DNA of 12,852 nt. Source: Azolla caroliniana. Taxonomy: Eukaryota; Plantae; Polypodiophyta. The stretch is from positions 1 through 12,852 of the forward strand of contig JBHGNT010001025.1 of NCBI GenBank assembly GCA_043228905.1. The letters are read 5' to 3'. Below are positions 1-8,066 of the stretch, one piece after another (within the stretch, counting starts at the first letter, position 1; every line of letters begins with the position of its first letter). Both the position numbers and the translations under genes were made by a program. The notes below the pieces were generated by a model. It was not told the DNA's origin and did no database searches. It saw only the letters and a program-made list of their open reading frames with translations.

Positions 1-235
1 AAGCAGAATCGGTCCAGACAATCGGTTTCAATAATCGGTATTTGGCATATATATTCGGAAGCGAACTGGGCTCACTCTGACTCGGTAACATTCGGGAAGA
101 CTAGTCAGTTCTGTCCCTCGAGTTACCGGAGTCAATTCGAGAAAGTTCAACAATACATATATCCGAAACCGAATCGACTCGGGTTCAAATCCGACTAGAA
201 CAATATTGGGTGAGCCGACCGGCTGCACTCCAACA
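1..235 (+). repeat. Putative 3' portion of the copia 5' LTR
   Basis: Non-coding region ending in ...CTCCAACA (235), 50 nt upstream of the gag ATG at 286 and followed by a PBS-like motif. There is no second copy in the window to confirm the boundary. Confidence 0.45.
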
Positions 236-236
236 A

Positions 237-248
237 GGTTCGTAGTCA
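237..248 (+). promoter_or_regulatory. Candidate atypical primer-binding site (half-tRNA type, Arg-ACG-like)
   Basis: GGTTCGTAGTCA lies 1 nt after CAACA. No TGGTATCAGAGC (iMet) PBS is present. The layout matches half-tRNA PBS GGTT-ATG-GGCCC with CGT in the anticodon position. Confidence 0.35.
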
Positions 249-285
249 ACTCCGAACCGAGCTTCGTCAACTGAAACCGAATCTG

Positions 286-2894
286 ATGGCATCAACATCC
301 GGCTCATCGGAAATGAGTCTAAGGAGGTTCGACGGTTCGAACTTCAATTTTTGGAAGGAGCAAATGCAGGACTATCTTATAGTCAAGGGTCAGATCGATC
401 CGATTGAGAATGAAACTGCTCCAGAAATATACAAGGCAAATGAGTGGCAAAAGCTGGACAGAATCATTCGCGCCACGATTCGGATGCACCTGTCGGAGTT
501 AGTGTACTTCACAGTGAAACCTTCGAACTTTGGAAGAAGCTGTCGGAAACCTACGAAAAGAAGGTCGCCTCAACGAAGATGTATTTGATCCGGCGCCTCT
601 ACAACCTGCGGATGAAAGACTCCGATTCGGTTCATGCACACCTTAACGAGTACGAAAGTTTGAGCTCCCAAATCTCGTCACAGGGGACGACAATCGAGGA
701 TGAACTCAGAGCAATGATACTCATGAGCAATCTCCCCTCCTCTTGGGAAACCTTCGTTACAACTGTGTGCAACGCTTCTACGACTGCCATCAAGTATTCC
801 GAAGTCACAAGTGCAATCCTGACTGAAGCAGCTCGGAGAAAGTGTTTCACCAAAGACTCGGCAGAAGAAGCCTATGTAGTACAAGGTTCGACCGACCGAT
901 CGAACAACCGGGGAAGAAGTTCTTCCCGACCGCCGACAAATCAGCGAAGCCGCAGCAAGTCCCGGGAAACCCGAATCTGCAACTAATGCAAGAAACCGGG
1001 ACACATCAAGGCCGACTGTCGGGTACTCAAGTCAAAGACAGACAAAGCTCAGAGAGTTGAACAGAGGAGTAATCAACATGAGGAAGTCAACTACGTCGGC
1101 TCTTCAGCCGAGATATTGACGACCGACCCGAACATATTGTCCATAGAGAATCCAATCGAATCAGAAGTTCTGCTTACGACTGAGGAATCGAGCACATGGC
1201 TTCTAGACTTGGGCGCGTCGTATCACGTGACACCTCACCGATCACAGTTTCGGCAATATTCGGACCGGCACTCCGACTCAGTTCGAGTCGGAAATTCGCA
1301 GCACTATGCTATCATCGGAATCAGCACTGTAGAGCTCAACCTTCCGAGTGGCTCTACACTCATACTACACAACGTCCGACACGTTCCTGAGCTCTCACGA
1401 CCCTTGATCTCAGTCGGACAACTTGATGAAGCTGGCATCTGTGCTAGTTTCTCATCAGGAGGGTGGACACTCCACAGAGGGAACCTCTTGCTTGCTAGAG
1501 GATCAAAGGTACACTCATTGTACCCTTTGTATGTCACACTCAGAGAGTGACTTATTTCTGGTAGATATCCCTGTGTCATCCTTATGGCATGGACGACTTG
1601 GACACCTCAGCAAGGTCGGCATCACGCACCTATCCAGAGCCGGATACATCCCGAAACTCTCCTTCTCGGACCATCAGTTTTGCGAGCATTGCCAGTACGG
1701 CAAACAGGTAGCCGCATCACACCCGACATCAGCACCAAGAGAGTCGAGCCCGCTCGATTTGGTCCACTCGGACGTCTGTGGCCCGATGCCACATCAGTCA
1801 CTCGGTGGTGCCTCGTACTTCGTCAGTTTCATTGACGACTCGACTCGGAAGGCGTGGGCTTACCCCATCAGAACCAAAGATCGGGTGTTCTCGATCTTCT
1901 CAGATTGGCTCGCAATGGTCGAAAACCAAACCGGTCGGAAACTGAAGTGTCTCCGAACCGACAATGGAGGTGAGTTCAAATCCGATGAATTCGTCAAATT
2001 TTGCCGAGAACGCGGCATTAGACGGGAATATACGGCACCATATAGTCTGGAGCAGAACGGAATCGCAGAACGCATGAATCAAACGATTCAAGAACGCGTT
2101 GTATCCATGCTCCAACACTCCGGACTGTCGGATGGCTTCTGGGCAGAGGCTCTACTCACGACAGTACACATAATCAATATGTCGCCAAGTAGACCTCTAG
2201 GACTTAAGATACCTCAGGAAATATGGACCGGCAGAAAGCCGAATTATGATAAGCTGAGGATTTTTGGTTGCGAGGCATACGCCCTCATACCGAAAGACGA
2301 TCGCCGAAAGCTCGAACCGAGATCAAGGAAATGCGTTTTCCTCGGGTACGGACCCGACGGCGAGATCAGATACCGACTCTGGGACCCCGAGCACAGGCAA
2401 ATTGTCCGAAGTTCAGATGTCGTGTTCAACGAGTCGATTATGCACAAAACGGCCGAAAGGCCTATTGAAGTCCGAAGGGTAATATTTTCCGAAGTGCCAA
2501 CCCTTCATGACGGCCCAACACACAACACGAGACCGGTTTCACGGGTATCCGACTTCTCTCGCACCGAATCCACAGATTCGGCACAGCCGAATGGCTCAGC
2601 TTCCGACCATCCGACATCGACACCCGGTGCGACCAGTCCAGTCATACCTCGAAGATCTGAGAGACAGTCGCAACCTCCGGAGAGGTACTCTCCCGGAATT
2701 TTCTTCATTGACGCCGGCGAACCGACGTCCTACGAAGAAGCATCGGCAGCTGCCGATTCAGCCACCTGGCATCTGGCAATGGAGTCGGAAATGCACTCCA
2801 TCCGCGCCAACAAGACTTGGGATCTGGTCGACTTACCGAAGAATCGACGTGCTCTTCCTTGCAAGTGGGTCTATAGACTAAAGGAGACGTCCGA
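286..2894 (+). pseudogene. copia gag-pol polyprotein, 5' part (Gag, zinc knuckle, aspartic protease, GAG-pre-integrase, integrase core, start of RT)
   Basis: ORFs 286-588, 444-986, 1116-1550 and 1423-2907 join into one protein. Lesions: frameshift ~515, TAA at 984-986 inside C-N-*-C-KKPG-H-IKAD-C, frameshift ~1547. Motifs: WLLDLGASYHVT (DSG->DLG), LWHGRLGH...CEHC, LVHSDVCGP, RTDNGGEF, QNGIAERMN, KLRIFGC, EPTSYEEA, TWDLVDLP, CKWVYRLK. Confidence 0.95.
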
Positions 2895-3329
2895 TGTTAA
2901 CTCTTAGGGCCGGACAATGGCCTAATACAGGGTGTCTACGGAAGACACTTCACCAAAGGGGTGTTACGGCAACATGATTAGACTCAACGATTAATCCGAC
3001 TTAATTAGGTTACTTAGTAAGATTGTCCTTAATAATCACACGCGTAAGATATAACAATGAATGCAGAATGGCAATTAACACAGAGATAAAAATGCTAATC
3101 TTTATTAATTAACCGCTGCTCATTACATTGTATCCGGGCCTTTAAATAGGTTTCCGGTCTGTTGTACAAAACGGTGCCATCCGCACCTGTTCGGGATCGG
3201 TCCGGATCCGGAACAGCATACCGATTCCGGTCCGTCCGTCCACACTACTAATAGCTTACATACAACCATTCCTAATAATTAAATAACTCCTTTGTTTCAC
3301 ACTCTGGACTCCTTTGCCGGCCGGTAACA
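2895..3329 (-). repeat. LTR (435 bp), probably the 3' LTR of the nested gypsy element
   Basis: Starts TGTTAAC exactly at the copia break and ends GTAACA (5-bp terminal inverted repeat). It is relatively AT-rich. The - strand has CCTATTTAAAGG (3139-3150) followed by AATAAA (3101-3106) and a T-rich tract. Several hairpins are present. Confidence 0.75.
3139..3150 (-). promoter_or_regulatory. Candidate LTR TATA box
   Basis: CCTATTTAAAGG on the - strand with AATAAA about 35 nt downstream. The motif is near-palindromic (CCTTTAAATAGG on +), so orientation is not certain. Confidence 0.45.
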
Positions 3330-3331
3330 CA

Positions 3332-3348
3332 TGGCACGCTCGTGGGAC
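3332..3348 (+). promoter_or_regulatory. tRNA-Arg-like PBS motif TGGCACGCTCGTGGGAC, inverted relative to the element's ORFs
   Basis: Begins with TGG 2 nt after the LTR-terminal TAACA. It resembles the Tat-type tRNA-Arg(UCU) PBS TGGCACGCCC(G/A)GTGGGAC (recalled) with one substitution and a 1-nt gap. Confidence 0.6.
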
Positions 3349-3384
3349 AGTACCTTGTACATCGAATCCACCATCCGACCCTTG

Positions 3385-6196
3385 CTATTCTTCATCCAAA
3401 ATATCCAGAATGCTTTGTTCGAGAGTCTCCAATGGTTCATCTGGAATTGGTTGTTGTTGTGGTTGTTGCTGCTGCTATTGCTGCTCTGTTGATGGCTGCT
3501 GCGACTGGTCCTTTGGTGGCTGCTACGACTGCTCCTCCGTTTGTTGCTCTGACACCGGTGTTTCCGTCGTTACTCCCTCCGTCGTAGTGGTCTCCGGTTG
3601 ACTGGTTTCGGCCTGGCCCTCGGCCGGCGACGGGTCGTCATCACTAAGGTTAACCGTTGCCGCTTCCCGTGCTTTTTCTTCCCGAACCCGGGACCGCTCA
3701 TAGCTTTCAAACTGGATTTGAGGTTCCAGCCTATCATCGTCTAGTTGAGCTACGAGTTGCCAGACCTGCGCCAACTGTTCATCTGCTAGGACTTGGAAGT
3801 CTTCGACCAGCTCGTCCCGTATGACGGTGAAGTCCTCGGAAGTCAACGTGTAATAATCATCTCCTTCCTTCTGCCGGTTTGCCACGTCTGCTCGTAGCAA
3901 TTGGAGTTCAGCCGCATTTTGTGCCCACTTTGTCCACCATCTTACGGAGCTTTCGTCAATCAAGCGTTTTGTCTGATTTAGCCATGCCCGGAGGATGCAC
4001 TGAATCCGGCCCATTCCCAATTGCGATTTGATCTCCGTCGCTTGCCGTTCCTCCTTCAATTGCTTGATGATTTTGACGTTGTCTTCCGCCTGCTCCTTGT
4101 AATGCGTCAATTGCCTTTGATATGTGCTTTGTAATTTCTGCAATACCATTGACGCTCTCTCCTTTTCTTCCTGCTGCTGCCTCTGGAGCTCCATTCGGAC
4201 CTTCTCCGCCTCGTCCAACCGTCTTGTATTTTCCGCACGTTCATTGGTGATCGCCGTCGCGGCCCGATCAACTTCCTACTGGAGCTCGGCCATCCGTTCC
4301 TTATGCTCCGTTTCCAGCCGTTTGTAGTCCCGGTGCAGGTGCTCAAAATCATCTGTCTTTTGCTTGAGCCGTGCGTTGATCTGTCGACGGGCCCGGTCCT
4401 CGCGGTCCTTCTGCTGGCGGAGCTCTTCCTTTAGCCGTTCAATTTCCGTTTCCGCCGTCTTCCGCAACTTGTCCTTTTCCTGCAACACTTTGTCTTTTTC
4501 CTCCTTTAGCCGGTCGTACGCTTGATGGCCTTTCCGGAGGCTCTCCTCTGCCCGGCGGAGGTTCTCAGCAGTCTTCTTTAATTATGCTTCGGCCGCTGTC
4601 TTCAATTCCCATTCCCGTCTCCTTAGCGCTTCTTGTGCGGCAAGTTCATCTCTCAATTCCGCAAGCTCCTGGGCTTGCGCCGCATCTCTCTCTGGAACGG
4701 TTTCCGTTGCCGGGGTCTTATTGGTATGTATAGGTTGATTTGTTTCTTTATTCTGTACACTTACCGGAGTCACCGATGTTTGGATCTGTGTTGCCGTTAA
4801 GGCCATTTTGGCCATCTCTGTCGTGACCTGATCCAAGTCTTTTTCAAGGCACCGGATTCTGGATCGGGCCGTCTCTAGTTGTTCGGTTGTGACGAGCAAC
4901 TGTTCGCTTTGCGCCCTTTCTTCCGCCTCAATATACCCCACTGCTCCGGCAATCTGTTCGCCTATCCACCGGAGCCACAGGCTACTGGTGCATTGTTGTT
5001 GTGCTTGCACGGAGGTTTGACAGATGGACTCGCTTGTAGATGGGTGGTCCCGCCTGATTGCGCCGAGTTGCAATTCCGTTTCTGCCCGTGGACCACCCTA
5101 CTGTCCTGGTTCCCCTCGCGCTTCTTCTTGGTTGGCTGAGGGAGGCTGTATTGACCTTTCCGGCTCTGGCGGAATGGGACTTGCTGGTGCTGCCGGTGGT
5201 GTAGGGGCTTCTGATTCCGGTGCCATGCGCATCGGTTTCGGTTCCTCCCTTGGCGTGGGAGTCTCAGTATGGGGAGCCGGTGTTCCCTCCGTCTGAGGGT
5301 CCAAACGTTTCCCGGCTGCCTCAACGGTCCTTGCCGACGACCGTTGCTGGAGGTGCTCCGTAGGCTCCTCCTCTATTTCCTCTTCCTGAGTCCCGGCATT
5401 GAGTTTTGCGGTCAAGGGGTCCGCTTCTCTATTCACTGGTCGGCGGAGTGTAACCTTTACGGGCCGTACCGGTGGTTCCTCCTGCGCATCCGTTGGCCGC
5501 TTCCGGCTGGCACTCTCCTTTCCCGCTTGTTCTGTGTCCGCCGCCTTCCGCCGCCTTCCCCTTAGTGGCCTTAGAGGCCAACAACTGTTGTCTTTTGGAT
5601 GCAGTCTTTGGGGTGTCGTCCGCCACTCTTCCCCGCTTCTTGGGCTGGACGGGCTGAACGAGTGGCACAAGCAAGGTGAGCCACTGCGTTACGGTGTGCC
5701 ATATCCTCTGTCCTTCTCAGCCTTCTTTGCCATCTTTTCCTCTGACAATGTCGATCGCCGCACACAAACCGTCTGCGATCAATACTGACCAATCCCTCTT
5801 GATCCCTTCATAGGTGGCGATGATCATCCCTGCCCGGTTCTGCGGCATGACAGGGGGTCTAGGGTACACATGGCCGTATTCGTGGAGTACACGAGCAATC
5901 TCGCGGAACAACATATCTCCGCCGCCCTGTGTCCGGTAGCCCTTGCTGGCTAGGGAGTACTCACCAAAATACTTGATGAGTTTCTCCGAGGTCGGATTGT
6001 CAATCGTGAGTATGCCTCCCTCCGGAAGGCCTGTTAACGCACGGATCGCCTCCGCCGTTATGACCTCTGTGTCGATTTCTTTGATCACCTTGTCGGCTTC
6101 TTTGTGTGGCGGTACCTCCATAATCGTCAAGAAGCCCTCGAGCCCGTGTTGCTTTAGCCATTTCTTAGCGGCTTCCGACAGCGTTTGCGGGTCCAT
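3385..6196 (-). pseudogene. Retrotransposon extra ORF (~933 aa reconstructed): PMD/Athila-ORF-like N-terminal domain, basic patch, Pro/Glu linker, long coiled coil, Gln/acidic tail
   Basis: ORFs 5098-5670, 4582-5073, 4276-4488 and 3523-4218 share one frame, separated by single stops. ORF 5717-6196 joins this frame once the 10-bp tandem duplication at 5538-5557 is removed. N-terminal motifs: HGLEGFL, ITAEAIRALTGLPEGG, DWSVLIA. Confidence 0.8.
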
Positions 6197-6571
6197 GTCT
6201 GTGTCGAGGTCGGATTGTGGTGGCGAGGTTGGCTGGTGATGAGAGTGAGAGTGAGAGAGAGAGAGTTCAGAAGGCGGGGGTTCTCTGTGCGTAGGTTCTC
6301 GTCTAATTATCTTCTAGTGCTTTGGTGCTTCTGTGCTCCTGGGTTTGCGAAAGTAGAGGGTCTCCACGCGCAGTGGTTTTTCTCTGTGCATTCAGGCGCC
6401 TTTTTCGAGTGTGTGCATGTCGTGTACTAAAATAGCATTATGTCCTGTGGTGGCGCTTAAATGCCCAGTACGTACCTTTTCGCTCCTCGCTCTCTCGTCC
6501 ATTCATACCTCGCTTTTGCATGATTACTTCGCTTTTATTTATTTATTTATTATTTTTAATGTTGTGTGAGG

Positions 6572-7080
6572 TTAGTTTTCCGTTGGTCCTATCGGACCCT
6601 TACCGGCCTCATTACGATTTGCCGTCGCCTCATTCTCCCCTGTTACCGGCTTGCCGTCTCCTCCGTCTTGGTGGTTGCCGTTCCCCTCACCGGTTGCCAT
6701 TTCCTCACCGGTGTCAGTCCTTTGCTCAAATGGGTTCTTGGGCATTGGTCCTCTATATGGCTTCAATCGGAATCCGTTGACCCATTTGCCTAGCACTTGG
6801 CCGACGAGTGCCCCTAACTGGTAGGACCCATTATACTCACGTGTCAGCCAATACGGACCGGTCCATCTAAACTGTAGTTTGCTCGGCATCTTGCCCATCC
6901 GGGTCTGAAATACTAACACCGGCTTGCCGATTGCGAACACTTTTTCATTTCCTTTTCTGTGCCGGTCGACAAATGCTTTCCGTCGCCATTGTTCCAATTC
7001 TAAGTGCAGGATGCTTGCCAGTCGTTGTTCCTCGAGTTCACACAACGGTGTTAACCGTATTGCCTCCGACTCCTTCTCGT
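6572..7080 (-). pseudogene. Ty3/gypsy integrase C-terminal region (GPY/F module), no chromodomain
   Basis: RL..LCELEEQR...KPVLVF...KLQFRWTGPY...NGSYQL...VNGFRLKPY followed by a short Gly/acidic tail. This pattern is typical of Athila/Tat integrases. The 5' part is missing. Confidence 0.9.
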
Positions 7081-8066
7081 TCTACGGCCTAAAACAGGCA
7101 CCCCGAAAGTGGTACAAGAAGTTCGACGATTTCATCTAGTCAGTCGGCTTCTCCAAGAGTGATGAGGACCACTGCCTCTTCACCAAAATAGCTCAAGACG
7201 GTTCTCCCGTCTTCCTCATCATCTACGTGGACGACATGCTACTCTCCGGTCGGCATACCGGAGAGCTCACCGAACTCGTTCGGAAACTGCGATTGAAGTT
7301 TGCCATGAAGGACCTCGGTCCGGCAAGACACATACTCGGAATGAAGATTAGTCGGAATCGCGCCAAAAGACAACTTTTTCTGTCTCAAACCGACTACATC
7401 GGACGTGTCTTGGAACGCTTCAACATGCAATCGGCCAAGTCTGCTTCGACCCCGCTCCACATTCATCTTCGGCTTTCTTAGCGAGACTGCCCGACATCCA
7501 GTCCGGAGGGGGAAGACATGAAGTCGGTACCGTATGCACCGGCAGTAGGCTCTTTGATGTACGCGATGGTCGCGACACGGCCTGATATTTCTCACACCGT
7601 AGGAGTCATCAACAGATTTATGCACAATCCCAGCCGATCTCACTGGAACACAGTTAAGCATGTGTTCAGATATTTAGTTGGCACAAAAGACCACAACATC
7701 CTTTTCGGTCCGAACTCAACTTCAGGCGTAGCCGGTTACACTGACTCAGACTTCGCCGGCTGTGTGGATAGTCGCAAGTCAACAACCGGATATTACTTTA
7801 AATTCGGCAATGGAGCAATCTCGTGGAAGTCGAAACTTCAGGAGTGCACAACCACCTCAACGACCGAAGCAGAATATGTAGCTGCCTCCGACGTAGCGAA
7901 AGAAGCTTTATGGCTCCGTCGGATGGCGCACACATTTCGGCAAGTCGACTCCGACTCGGCTCCAGTTGTCTACACCGACAGTCAGAGTGCTGTTGCTTTA
8001 TCGAAAAATCCGGTTCCTCACAACGCCTCCAAGCATATCGAAGTTCGATATCACTTCGTTCGGGAC
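7081..8066 (+). pseudogene. copia reverse transcriptase (3' part) and RNase H
   Basis: YGLKQAPRKWY, DHCLF, IYVDDML (YVDD at 7224-7235), MKDLG, LSQTDYI, PYAPAVGSLMYAM.TRPDI, GYTDSDFAG..DSRKSTTGY, STTEAEY, TDSQSA, KHIEVRYHFVRD. In-frame TAG stops at 7137-7139 and 7479-7481. Confidence 0.96.

Larger units (their letters stand above)
2895..7080 (-). mobile_element. Nested Ty3/gypsy non-chromovirus (Athila/Tat-like) element, 5'-deleted
   Basis: The copia RT breaks at KETSD|TGTTAAC (2895). The - strand carries an integrase C-terminus, a long extra ORF and an LTR with TGTTA/TAACA termini. Copia resumes at YGLKQAPRKW (~7081). Confidence 0.9.
1..8066 (+). mobile_element. Ty1/copia LTR retrotransposon (Tnt1/Tork-like), decayed, interrupted at 2895-7080 and 3'-truncated at ~8066
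   Basis: Domain order gag (FDGSNFNFWKEQMQDYL; CCHC knuckle), protease, GAG-pre-integrase, integrase, RT (YVDD), RNase H is the copia order. No PPT or 3' LTR is present after RNase H. Confidence 0.96.

Noticed and set aside
181-193. GGGTTCAAATCC, a tRNA T-loop/B-box-like motif
   Set aside because: I could not find a surrounding cloverleaf or an appropriately placed A-box, so no tRNA or SINE is called.
3314-3601. Cys-rich + strand ORF (GCCCGCCCCYCC), metallothionein-like
   Set aside because: It is the antisense shadow of the CAG/CAA poly-Gln tail of the - strand extra ORF.
3385-6196. env-like envelope gene
   Set aside because: The position fits, but there is no signal peptide or transmembrane helix. 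The protein is hydrophilic and coiled-coil with NLS-like patches.
7065-7069. TCCGA matching 2890-2894 as a 5-bp target-site duplication
   Set aside because: It lies inside the gypsy integrase reading frame and is not adjacent to an LTR end. Copia sequence does not resume at the matching codon, so it is probably chance.
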